A stretch of DNA of 47,974 nucleotides, taken from positions 1 through 47,974 of the forward strand of contig JALUEE010000042.1 of assembly GCA_027053075.1 (NCBI GenBank), in the 5' to 3' direction. The translations under genes and the position numbers were made by a program. The notes beneath the pieces were generated by a model, which did no database searches, was not told where the DNA came from, and worked only from the letters and a program-made list of their open reading frames with translations. Shown piece by piece: positions 24,225-32,802 of the stretch. Source of the stretch: a candidate division WOR-3 bacterium. GTDB taxonomy: Bacteria; Hydrothermota; Hydrothermia; B15-G9; WFZT01. Position 1 is the stretch's first letter; each line of letters begins with the position of its first letter.

Positions 24225-24854
24225 ATGGCAAGATATACAGGTCCCAAATGCAGATTGTGTAGAAGAGAAGGAGAAAAACTTTTCCTCAAAGGCGAGAAAT
24301 GTTTTACTTCAAAATGTCCATTTGAAAGAAGACGTTACCCTCCGGGTATTCACGGACCCACAAGGAGGATTAAGCACAGTATTTATAGCCTGCAGCTCAG
24401 AGAGAAACAGAAGGTTAAGAGAATTTACGGTGTACTTGAGAAGCAGTTCCGTGGCTACTACGAAAAAGCGAGAAGAATGGGTGGAAATATCGGTGAAAAC
24501 CTGCTTTCGCTACTCGAAAGAAGACTGGACAACGTGGTTTACCATCTCGGATTTGCTAAATCCCGTGCGCAGGCACGTCAGCTCGTTACCCATGGACACG
24601 TGATAGTGAATGGACACAAAGTGGATATTCCTTCATACCTCGTAAAACCGGGCGATGAAATTACAATCAAAGAAAAATCCAGAAACATCCCATTTGTGAA
24701 AGAGTCACTCGAAGACACAAATCTCGAGCAGCTTCCTGCATGGCTTAGCCTTGATAAGGACAAATTCCTTGGAAAGGTCCTTAGATACCCGGTTAGAAGT
24801 GATATTACCCATCCGATAACAGAAAGGCTCATCATTGAGCTGTATTCTAAGTGA
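24225..24854 (+). CDS. rpsD: 30S ribosomal protein S4
   Basis: [32 protein letters not shown]. Confidence 0.99.
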   Translation: MARYTGPKCRLCRREGEKLFLKGEKCFTSKCPFERRRYPPGIHGPTRRIKHSIYSLQLREKQKVKRIYGVLEKQFRGYYEKARRMGGNIGENLLSLLERRLDNVVYHLGFAKSRAQARQLVTHGHVIVNGHKVDIPSYLVKPGDEITIKEKSRNIPFVKESLEDTNLEQLPAWLSLDKDKFLGKVLRYPVRSDITHPITERLIIELYSK

Positions 24855-24865
24855 GGTGATTCTAT

Positions 24866-25864
24866 ATGTTTGATACACAGTTTGTTTTACCGGAAGGGAT
24901 TTTTGTCGAAGAGGTTAACGACACCTATGGAAGGTTCGTGTATGTCCCCCTTGAAAGAGGTTATGGGATTACTGTTGGCAACGCCTTGAGGCGTGTGCTG
25001 CTCTCATCAATTCCCGGATACTCCATTGTCGCAATGAGGATAGATGGTGTTTCCCACGAGTTCTCCACAATCCCTGGGGTTATGGAAGAGGTTCCGCAGA
25101 TTGTGCTGAATCTCAAGGGTGTGAGATTAAAGATGGATGATGCCGTGGACACTCGCGCTACCCTGTACATCAGAGCAGAGGGTGCAAGAGAGGTCAAGGC
25201 TGGAGATATTGATGTGCCAGAGTACGTGGAGATTATCAATCCGGAGCACCATATAGCGACACTGACAAGGGATGACGCAAAATTTTATGCTGAGCTCATT
25301 GCCGCCAAGGGTAGGGGGTACGTCCCTTCCACCGAGATGTCTAAAGAAGGATTCCCCGCAGGGACCATCTTCATTGACGGCGTCTTCTCTCCCATTGTAA
25401 AGGTGAACTATACGGTGGAAAATGTTCGTGTAAAAGCCAGAACCGACTACGAGAAGCTAATTCTTGAGATATGGACCGACGGCACAATCAGGCCTGATGT
25501 TGCACTGGAGATGGCAACTAAAACACTACTTAAGTCCATTGAACCTGTTTTAAAGAAGATTGGAGCACCATACGGAAAAGAAGAGCTGAAGTTTGAGGAG
25601 AAAGAGAAGATCCACCAGATTTTGAACAAGAGCATTGATTTCCTCGAGCCGTCCAAGAGAACTGCCAACTGCTTGAAGGAAGCAGGAATCGAGACAATTG
25701 CTCAGCTGGTCTCCAAAACCGAGGAAGAGATTCTTCAGGTGAAAAACTTTGGCGAAAAGTCCCTCGAGGAGATCAAAGAGAAGCTTGAGCAGTTTGGACT
25801 CACATTTGGTATGGATGTCAGTAAATACCTCGGGCAGGAAGAAACCAAGGAGGTTTCTAAATGA
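24866..25864 (+). CDS. rpoA: DNA-directed RNA polymerase subunit alpha
   Basis: PLERGYGITVGNALRRVLLSS, HEFSTIPGV, KNFGEKSLEEI. Confidence 0.99.
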   Translation: MFDTQFVLPEGIFVEEVNDTYGRFVYVPLERGYGITVGNALRRVLLSSIPGYSIVAMRIDGVSHEFSTIPGVMEEVPQIVLNLKGVRLKMDDAVDTRATLYIRAEGAREVKAGDIDVPEYVEIINPEHHIATLTRDDAKFYAELIAAKGRGYVPSTEMSKEGFPAGTIFIDGVFSPIVKVNYTVENVRVKARTDYEKLILEIWTDGTIRPDVALEMATKTLLKSIEPVLKKIGAPYGKEELKFEEKEKIHQILNKSIDFLEPSKRTANCLKEAGIETIAQLVSKTEEEILQVKNFGEKSLEEIKEKLEQFGLTFGMDVSKYLGQEETKEVSK

Positions 25865-26226
25865 GACACAGAAAAAGGGTAAAGAAACTTGGAAGAGACA
25901 GAGAACACAGGCTGGCTTTGCTGAGAAATCAGGCAATTTCCCTTTTGCGTCACGGTCGCATTAAAACCACACTACCAAAGGCAAAGGCTACTCGCAGTTT
26001 TGTTGAAAAACTCATTTCTATAGGCAAGAAAGACGATTTTAATTCCAGAAGGCTTGTCAGGAAGTATTTAATTGACAGGCAGATTACAAACTATCTCTTT
26101 GACGAGATTGCTCCGCTTTTCAAAGACAGGCCTGGTGGTTATACACGAATCTACAGGCTTGGTTTCAGGAAGGGTGACGGAGCAGAAGTCGCAGTCCTTG
26201 AGCTTGTAAAGTTCCCCGAAAAGTAG
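25861..26226 (+). CDS. rplQ: 50S ribosomal protein L17
   Basis: MRHRK, IKTTLPKAK, RPGGYTRI, RKGDGA. Confidence 0.99.
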   Translation: MRHRKRVKKLGRDREHRLALLRNQAISLLRHGRIKTTLPKAKATRSFVEKLISIGKKDDFNSRRLVRKYLIDRQITNYLFDEIAPLFKDRPGGYTRIYRLGFRKGDGAEVAVLELVKFPEK

Positions 26227-26231
26227 GGGGA

Positions 26232-26260
26232 TTGAAAGGCCAGAATCAGCTATTTAAAAT
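26232..26260 (+). promoter_or_regulatory. sigma70 promoter of the tRNA-Ser pair
   Basis: TTGAAA (26232-37), 17-nt spacer, TAAAAT (26255-60), 12 nt upstream of the first tRNA. Confidence 0.75.
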
Positions 26261-26272
26261 AATTTTGCTCGC

Positions 26273-26358
26273 GGAGGGTTAGCCTAATTGGTAAGGCGGC
26301 GGATTTGAAATCCGCTGGGCGTTTGCCCTTGGGGGTTCGAGTCCCTCACCCTCCGCCA
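26273..26358 (+). tRNA. tRNA-Ser(TGA)
   Basis: Acceptor GGAGGGT/ACCCTCC, anticodon arm GCGGA-TTTGAAA-TCCGC, long variable arm, T-loop TTCGAGT, G discriminator, encoded CCA. Confidence 0.95.
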
Positions 26359-26363
26359 TATCT

Positions 26364-26453
26364 GGAGAGGTGGCCGAGTGGTTGAAGGCGGCGGCTTGCT
26401 AAGCCGTTGTAGGGGTTGCTCCCCTACCGTGGGTTCGAATCCCACCCTCTCCG
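26364..26453 (+). tRNA. tRNA-Ser(GCT)
   Basis: Acceptor GGAGAGG/CCTCTCC, anticodon arm GCGGC-TTGCTAA-GCCGT, long variable arm GTAGGGG/CCCCTAC, TTCGAAT. No encoded CCA. Confidence 0.95.
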
Positions 26454-26463
26454 CTCTACTTCA

Positions 26464-27378
26464 ATGAAAAAACTCTCCACCCTCATCAGAATAGCTCTCA
26501 CAGTCATCGCCTTTTATTTCATCCTTCGAAAGGCTCACATAGATAGACTGTTTGGACTTGTTAAACACATTAATCCCTGGATTTATTTAGTCGCCATCGT
26601 TTTTAACTTTCTTGCCGTGCTTTTTCAGACATGGAGGTGGAAGTATTTTCTCAATAATGAAAGTCCGTTCCTGAAACTCCTAAAGGTCTATCTTGTTAGT
26701 TTTTTCCTGGGTAATTTCCTGCCTTCCGGGGGACTCGATGTGGTGAGAGGCTATTATCTTGGGAAGGAGTTAAAAAATTATGAGGGGAATTTCGCTGTAG
26801 TGGTAATGGACAGGCTCACGGGATTTGTGGCAGTTTCCCTGCTTTCCATACTCGCAGTGGCTATAGGATTTAATCTTACTCACAAACTCAGAATGGTCAT
26901 CTTGGGCGCTGCTCTGCTACTGATTCTCATTCTTGTGCTCTCGTTTAACAAATACTTTTACAAGCTCGTCAGGGACGTGATGCTCCTCATTAAGACCTTT
27001 GACATTGGGGAAAGATTCGCTCGTTTTTACGATTCATACTACGAGTTTCGCTCATCCCCCGACCGGGTTGCGATAGGAATCCTCATTTCCTTTGGAGTGC
27101 AGTTTTCTTATGCGATTTCGGCCTACTTTGCGATGAAATCCATTGGACTTTCCTATCCATTTTACAAATTCCTCTTTTTTGTCCCCCTTATCAATATGAT
27201 TGCCATGATTCCAGTTACCATAAGCGGTCTTGGCCTTCGAGAAGGTGGATTTGTGGCACTATTCAGCACGGGATTGACACGGGAGGGAGCCATTTTGACC
27301 TCTTTGCTTTATTATTTTAGCTCCCTGATCACAAGTCTTGCAGGTGGGATAATTCTTTTAATCGGGAAGGTGTATTAA
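26464..27378 (+). CDS. UPF0104 / lysylphosphatidylglycerol synthase TM-domain (flippase-like) membrane protein
   Basis: True start is ATG 26464 (the track start lies inside the tRNA). Motifs WRW, GNFLPSGGLDVVR, DR..G, PVTISGLGLREG; many TM helices. Confidence 0.85.
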   Translation: MKKLSTLIRIALTVIAFYFILRKAHIDRLFGLVKHINPWIYLVAIVFNFLAVLFQTWRWKYFLNNESPFLKLLKVYLVSFFLGNFLPSGGLDVVRGYYLGKELKNYEGNFAVVVMDRLTGFVAVSLLSILAVAIGFNLTHKLRMVILGAALLLILILVLSFNKYFYKLVRDVMLLIKTFDIGERFARFYDSYYEFRSSPDRVAIGILISFGVQFSYAISAYFAMKSIGLSYPFYKFLFFVPLINMIAMIPVTISGLGLREGGFVALFSTGLTREGAILTSLLYYFSSLITSLAGGIILLIGKVY

Positions 27379-27379
27379 A

Positions 27380-28420
27380 ATGGAAATAGCAATAATTGGA
27401 ACACAGGGCGTTGGGAAAACAACGCTTTTTGAGGTGATGACAAAGGGCAAGTCCTCTCGTGGAAAGGGTTATGTAGACCACATTGGGCAGGTTTTTATCC
27501 CAGATGACAGAATCGAGAAATTGGCGGAAATTTATAAACCACAGAAGGTCACTTATGCCAGCTTCGAGCTCTTTGATTTCAACGGGTTTGGCAGGATGTG
27601 GAAGGAGCAGAACGCAGGTGAGATAATCAATGCCATGAGCGGGTTTGATGCCTTTATTCACGTGGTGCCTGATTTTGAGCCATTCTCGGCAATAGAGGAC
27701 TTTGAAGAAATAAATTTGAGGTTGATTTTAAGTGACCTTTCACTTGTGAGTTCACAGCTCAAGAGACTCGAGAAAGAGAGGAAAGTAAGAAAGGTTTCTG
27801 ATGAGTTGATCACTGTCTTGAAGAAACTCGAGGATGCCCTCTCGAATGAGATTCCCCTCTGGCGTGTAGAGTTGAGTGAGCGAGAGAAAGACCTCATAAA
27901 GGGGTACACTTTTGCGACAAACAGACCAAGACTTATTCTGCTTAATCAATCTGAAGAAAAGTTCACTTCAGGTGAGGTCGATGAGGAATTTGTTGAGAAG
28001 TTGAGAGAGAGCAAACTTGAATTTTTGAGAACCTGTCTGCCGCTTGAAAGAGAGATAGTAGACCTTGACGAGGCTGACAGACGAGAGATGTTTCAGGCTT
28101 ATGGATTTGAGAGACCAACCACTGACCTTTTGATCCAGAAGATTTTTGAGATTCTTGGCTATATTGTGTTTTTAACGGCTGGAGAGAAAGAAGTCCGCGC
28201 CTGGCCTATCAAGAAGGGGTCAACCGCTCGTGAAGCCGCAGGAAAAATTCATACAGACCTTGCAAAAGGCTTCATCAGGGCCGAGGTCATAAATTTTAAA
28301 GAATTTATGGAACTCGGCGGAGACATGAAAAAGGCAAAAGAGAAGGGTGCTGTTCGGCTCGAAGGCCGGGATTACATTGTTCAGGACGGCGACATAATGC
28401 TCATTAGATTCTCAAAATAA
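27380..28420 (+). CDS. YchF/OLA1-like ATPase, divergent paralogue (C-terminal TGS/DUF933)
   Basis: P-loop GTQGVGKT, IPDDRI..LAEIYKPQK, C-terminal FLTAGEKEVRAW...AAGKIHTDLAKGFIRAEV...EGRDYIVQDGD. Confidence 0.88.
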   Translation: MEIAIIGTQGVGKTTLFEVMTKGKSSRGKGYVDHIGQVFIPDDRIEKLAEIYKPQKVTYASFELFDFNGFGRMWKEQNAGEIINAMSGFDAFIHVVPDFEPFSAIEDFEEINLRLILSDLSLVSSQLKRLEKERKVRKVSDELITVLKKLEDALSNEIPLWRVELSEREKDLIKGYTFATNRPRLILLNQSEEKFTSGEVDEEFVEKLRESKLEFLRTCLPLEREIVDLDEADRREMFQAYGFERPTTDLLIQKIFEILGYIVFLTAGEKEVRAWPIKKGSTAREAAGKIHTDLAKGFIRAEVINFKEFMELGGDMKKAKEKGAVRLEGRDYIVQDGDIMLIRFSK

Positions 28421-28567
28421 AAAAATTTGATGGCAAAATTGATTGGATTAGAAATAGCATCAATGGTGAGAGCGAGTATGATCAGAAGCGTCATTCCTGT
28501 TCATTACGCCCAGAGTGCACGTGGCCGAGGGAGAGGTGGAGTTTCAAGAAGTCGAGAGGATTTATCA

Positions 28568-28603
28568 CCCTCCCTTCCCTCAGGGAAGGGAGGGCCGGGG
28601 TGG
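28568..28603. repeat. REP-like palindrome (CCCTCCC...GGGAGGG type)
   Basis: CCCTCCCTTCCC-TCA-GGGAAGGGAGGG followed by CCGGGGTGG. Confidence 0.6.
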
Positions 28604-28787
28604 AATGGGGAATTGTGGTCTACGAAATTCCAGACTTATCCATTTTCCAATTCTTCCCCGAGGGAATGATGCGAATTTACGTATTTGAGGATTTTTCTAA
28701 TACTCTTAAGGTAAGGGCCGATTTTGCTCGTGTGAAATCTGCGGTGCAAGGGTATAGTCAAGTTTCTCTTATGGAATAGAAAGCATT

Positions 28788-28833
28788 CCCTCCCCCACTT
28801 GCGAAGCAAGTGGGGGAGGGCGAAGGGTGGGGG
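28788..28833. repeat. REP-like palindrome, copy A
   Basis: CCCTCCCCCACTTGC-GAA-GCAAGTGGGGGAGGG plus G-rich tail. Near-identical copy at 32252. Confidence 0.75.
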
Positions 28834-28897
28834 CCTCCCAATTTTTAAGGCCCTCGCACAAAGTGAACGAGGAAATGATTTTAATGGAGAGTGAACT

Positions 28898-29671
28898 ATG
28901 TTAGATTTGAAACCGTTTGTTGAGGTTGCAAAGAAGGCCGCGCTTGCCGCTGGAGAAGTTATCAAGCCTGAATTAGGTAAGGTGCACCGTTATAGAGAAA
29001 AGGGCGAAAATGATTTTGTAACCGATGTGGATATCAGGGCCGAAGAAGCGATAAGAAAAGTGATACTCGAAGCATTCCCGGAGCATGAAATCCTGAGCGA
29101 GGAGGCAGGGGAGTGGGGTAAGTCGGATTTCCGCTGGATTGTTGACCCCCTTGATGGAACGAAAAATTTTATTCACGGCTTCCCGTACGTTGCGGTTTCT
29201 GTCGGCTTGCAGGTGAAAGGTGAGCTTGTAGTGGGTGCAATTCTTGATGTTTCAAGGGATGACCTGTATTTCGCGGCAAAGGGGATGGGGGCTTACAGAA
29301 ATGATAAACGTATTCACGTATCCGGTGAGAGAGAGCTTTCACGGACGATGGTGGCAACGGGTTTCCCATTCAGGCATAAGGAGTTTTTAGATGATTATTT
29401 GAGGCTTTTTAGAAAGGTATTTTTAAATGTTTCTGCGGTGAGGAGGGTAGGAGCGGCGGCGCTTGACCTCGCATATGTAGCATGTGGTATGTTCGACGGT
29501 TTCTTCGAATATTACCTCTCTCCCTGGGATATTGCTGCAGGGATTGTTATCGTGAGAGAAGCAGGTGGAATTGCAGAGCCCATTGCTGGAGAAGATGAGC
29601 TTTCTGGCAACATAATAGCCGCCACACCTGCAATTTTTGAATCGTTGAAGAAGTTAGTTGAAGGGGATTAG
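28898..29671 (+). CDS. suhB: Inositol monophosphatase family protein (SuhB-like)
   Basis: DFVTDVD, EEAG, WIVDPLDGTKNFIHG, WDIAAG. Confidence 0.9.
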   Translation: MLDLKPFVEVAKKAALAAGEVIKPELGKVHRYREKGENDFVTDVDIRAEEAIRKVILEAFPEHEILSEEAGEWGKSDFRWIVDPLDGTKNFIHGFPYVAVSVGLQVKGELVVGAILDVSRDDLYFAAKGMGAYRNDKRIHVSGERELSRTMVATGFPFRHKEFLDDYLRLFRKVFLNVSAVRRVGAAALDLAYVACGMFDGFFEYYLSPWDIAAGIVIVREAGGIAEPIAGEDELSGNIIAATPAIFESLKKLVEGD

Positions 29672-29718
29672 CTTTCTTTTGAGGCATTAAATGAAGTTCA
29701 ATTGATTTTTATTATTGA

Positions 29719-29765
29719 TGTTTGGGTGGGGGGCACTCGCGAAGCGAGTGCCCCCCACCCAAACA
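29719..29765. terminator. 22-bp perfect hairpin between convergent genes
   Basis: TGTTTGGGTGGGGGGCACTCGC-GAA-GCGAGTGCCCCCCACCCAAACA, 2 nt past the stop of the minus-strand pseudogene. Confidence 0.65.
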
Positions 29766-29767
29766 AT

Positions 29768-30142
29768 TCACTTCCCAATCACTATAACTCTAAAAACTCT
29801 GGTCCCAAAATCACTGCTGAAAATTACGAAAAATACTCCACTTACCGGAACATCTAACTTCACCCTGTGATAACCCCTCTGAAGGAGTCCCTTTTTGACT
29901 CTCAAAAGCCTCCCAGCGACAGAATAAATTTTAATCCTGTATGGTGTTAGAGATGGGGTTGTAATTTCAAAATTTATATCTGGCCCAACTGTGGATTGGA
30001 CTTTTACAGTATAAATATCCGGATTTTCGACTCTTCAATGGATGTCACATTGAAGTAAACAGTGTCAGAAAAGGCTGAGTTCGGTGACTGTGCGCTGTCG
30101 TTGGCGCGGACAAAGTAGGAAACCGAGTGATTCGCAGAATCC
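29768..30142 (-). pseudogene. 3' remnant of a secreted protein with a T9SS/FlgD-like C-terminal domain
   Basis: [38 protein letters not shown], then a frameshift near 30025, then NPDIYTVK...PYRIKIYSVAGRLLR...SGVFFVIF...RVIVIGK*. The 5' end is missing. Confidence 0.75.
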
Positions 30143-30462
30143 TCTGGGAGGTTAGGAATGACATAGCGGTGATTAAGCCGTCCGAGTACGACAGGTTCTA
30201 CCGGAGTTTCAATCATATCTTTGCTGGTGGTTACGCATCTGGTTACAGTTACAAATGGGCGGAAGTACTCTCTGCTGATGCATTTTTATACTTTGCGGAG
30301 AACGGAATTTTTAATAGATAGATTGCGGATCGTTTCTACGAACAGGTATTCACGAAAGGCGGTAGCGTGCCTGCGAGGAAACTGTTCAAAAACTTCTTTG
30401 TCCGCGCCCCCGATCCTGAATCCTTACTGAAATTGATTGGGATTAAAGGTGAAAATTTGTAA
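30139..30462 (+). pseudogene. C-terminal remnant of an M3 family oligopeptidase (PrlC/OpdA-like)
   Basis: [26 protein letters not shown] (canonical GYYSY has lost one Tyr). In-frame TAG at 30319-21, then continues RFYEQVFTKGGS...APDPESLL to TAA 30462. Confidence 0.85.
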
Positions 30463-30619
30463 TTTTTTCAAGAAAACTATACGAGAGAAGGGAGTCACAA
30501 TCTATGACTTCCCCTATCGATTGTAGGGAGAAATAACTTCTTGGGGATATCCTTTTCTTTAGAAAAGAACAAAAAGAATGCATACAGCTATAAATGAGGA
30601 ATTAAAATATATCCGAAAT

Positions 30620-31375
30620 TTATTTCCGAATTTCTTTTACAATCTTTCCCTCCTCGTTGTAAAACTTCACTACTGGTGTGCCCGTCGAATCCACACCTAT
30701 TTCAACTTTCAGTCTACCCTCTTTATCAAACAATTTTATACCTGTAGACCCATCCAGACGCTTAACCAAAGCAAATCTTTGAGGTTCCCACGTATGATTA
30801 GCTAAAAACTTCTTAATATATTCGTTGACCTGCTTTTCTATCTCCTTTGCCTTTTCTGGATTCTCGTCTTTAACTTTGACATACTGGTCATATCTTCTGA
30901 TTAAATTCTTAAATCCTTCGGGATCAAATGGTCTATCAAACAACGTAAATCTAACCTCCCTCTCGCCATTCTGGTCACTTACAACAAAACTTACAAGCTC
31001 ATTTTGTAAATATGGATCAATCGAGAAATAAAATTCCTGAAAGTATTTATCCCCTATCTTCTTACCTGTCCATAAAACTCCACCCATCTCATTTTCGTCA
31101 TCGTTCAAAAAGATCATACCTGCTGCATTTCCACTGCCCCCACCTCTCAATAATGGCGAGTATTGGTGACCTTCTATCACTGGTCCAGGCATGCGCGCAC
31201 TATCAAAGATTAAAAGCCTTTTTCGTCCATCCGGTTCGACAATATTGATCCTCTGGGTGTTGACAGTCTCAAGGTTAGCAACCTTCTCCATATTTTTTAG
31301 TTTTACGTACAGTGTTATTGAGGTGACAAGAGCAATTACAGAAAATAAAAGGGAAATGTAAGTGAGTTTATTCAT
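30620..31375 (-). CDS. Hypothetical membrane-anchored or exported protein
   Basis: ATG 31375 follows SD AAGGAGG. N-terminal hydrophobic helix, then QRINIVEPDG...GMIFLND...GG. Confidence 0.8.
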   Translation of the reverse strand: MNKLTYISLLFSVIALVTSITLYVKLKNMEKVANLETVNTQRINIVEPDGRKRLLIFDSARMPGPVIEGHQYSPLLRGGGSGNAAGMIFLNDDENEMGGVLWTGKKIGDKYFQEFYFSIDPYLQNELVSFVVSDQNGEREVRFTLFDRPFDPEGFKNLIRRYDQYVKVKDENPEKAKEIEKQVNEYIKKFLANHTWEPQRFALVKRLDGSTGIKLFDKEGRLKVEIGVDSTGTPVVKFYNEEGKIVKEIRK

Positions 31376-31523
31376 ATCAGCGCCCTCCTTACTGAAATTT
31401 CGCATATTATCAGGCCTGGATCACTCCCTTTCAACCTCACGCCTCTCGTCATTGCGAACAAGGGGAGTTGCTCCACCTCGAATATCCGAAAAACTCACGC
31501 CTGAAGCGATTCAGGCCACTTTC

Positions 31524-32248
31524 TCAATTTACAATCACGAACTTGCGAGTTTCGTCACGAATTTCATGTTCAGAACAGTCATTTAAGCACCATTTGTGTC
31601 CAAATTCACCATGAGGTTGCTGTATCCCCTGCTCAGAAAGCCGCCTTTTAGATTAACAAGTCGTCCATCCGGCGAGTAAATCTTCAATCTGTATGGCGTC
31701 GAGGAAGGAGTTTTAACCTCTAAGATGATTGTCGTTGCAACTGGGGATCGGTGAGCAACTGCATACATCGAGGGCTAAACGTCCACTTTGATGGATATGA
31801 TTTCTAACGAGACTGTGTCAGACAGGCCGGAATTGGGTGACTGTGCACTATCATTGGCACGGACAAAGTGTGAAATCGAGTGGTTCGCAGAATCTGAAAA
31901 TGCCGGGATTTCGCCTATCCAGCCGCTATATAACTCATTCATCTGAGTCGAATCATAGTTCTATCCGTCAATGGCGTAAAAGAGCCAGCATTTTGCACGC
32001 CGCTCAGACTGTCAGTTATCCATGCGTGTTTCTCATAGGGGCAAAAGAAGCAGCTCGTGTCACTCCAGACAGTCATTGAATCTATGACAGGTGGGCTAAT
32101 ATCAACTCCAAACGAATCAACAGAGGACTATGAGGAAGTAGGCATCTGTGAACGGCCATTTCCAGTTGAAATGTCCCCATTGAGCATCGGCAAATAGTCC
32201 TCCACGGGTAAATGCATACCATAATGAGTCTGCAAGAACTGATCTAAG
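31524..32248 (-). pseudogene. Degenerate paralogue of the 29768-30142 gene (Ig-like domain plus T9SS/FlgD-like C-terminal domain)
   Basis: Pieces DISPPVIDS..WSDT..ITDSLSGV / WLFYAIDG*NYDS...[28 protein letters not shown]...*...PYRLKIYSPDGRLV...KFVIVN*, with several stops and frameshifts. Confidence 0.72.
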
Positions 32249-32251
32249 TTT

Positions 32252-32297
32252 CCCTCCCCGACTTGCAAAGCAAGTGGGGGAGGGTTTTGGGAGGGGG
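32252..32297. repeat. REP-like palindrome, copy B
   Basis: CCCTCCCCGACTTGC-AAA-GCAAGTGGGGGAGGG plus G-rich tail; 2 differences from copy A over 33 nt. Confidence 0.75.
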
Positions 32298-32415
32298 CAT
32301 TCTGCTTGAAAATTGAAATTTAAGATAAAGACATTCTGTCACTGGGTAGACAAATGTGAGTTCAATTACTCATTTTATACGAAAAATTTGAATTATGTTG
32401 TCCCTCTCCTTTTAT

Positions 32416-32473
32416 CCTCTCCCCGCAAGTATTTATGCGGGGAAAGGGCTATTTTGTTGGAAATATTCGAACA
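32416..32473. repeat. Second REP-like element (decayed copy at 44915-44973)
   Basis: CCTCTCCCCGCA-AGTATTTA-TGCGGGGAAAGG...TTGGAAATATTCGAACA. Confidence 0.6.
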
Positions 32474-32802
32474 AGCTCCACCAGCATTGACTTTGACAAT
32501 GCCTTCATTTAACACACCCCTCAGGTTTTGAAATAAAAACATCATCATCTTTGGATTTTTGTTCTTTTTGCTCGGTAACCTGGACTGTGTATATTGACTT
32601 GATCTTTATTAAGTATATGGTTTCTTTTCTTTCAGGATCGGTGGATTTGTTGTGCTCTATCGAATTTTCCATACTCAGAATTTAGAGGCCTTTTTACAAT
32701 GGCACAAGGTACCAAAACGAATACCTTAAGGGACCATTTTTGCAAATTTTGAGGGAATTCGAGAGCAGGATAGTGAATTATTGCATCTGCAAAATGGAAG
32801 AT

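Noticed and set aside
26364..26453. tRNA-Ser as an integration site for the downstream accessory region
   Set aside because: I found no duplicated tRNA 3' end and no integrase in the window, and housekeeping-type genes follow directly.
26416..26463. N-terminal extension of the 320-aa ORF
   Set aside because: It overlaps tRNA-Ser(GCT); the real start is ATG 26464.
28427..28669. 80-aa ORF after the YchF-like gene
   Set aside because: It runs through a REP-like palindrome, has no SD and no recognisable domain.
32500..32800. 55-aa minus-strand ORF (MENSIEHNK...) and hydrophobic plus-strand fragments
   Set aside because: No SD or motif; cannot be distinguished from noise.
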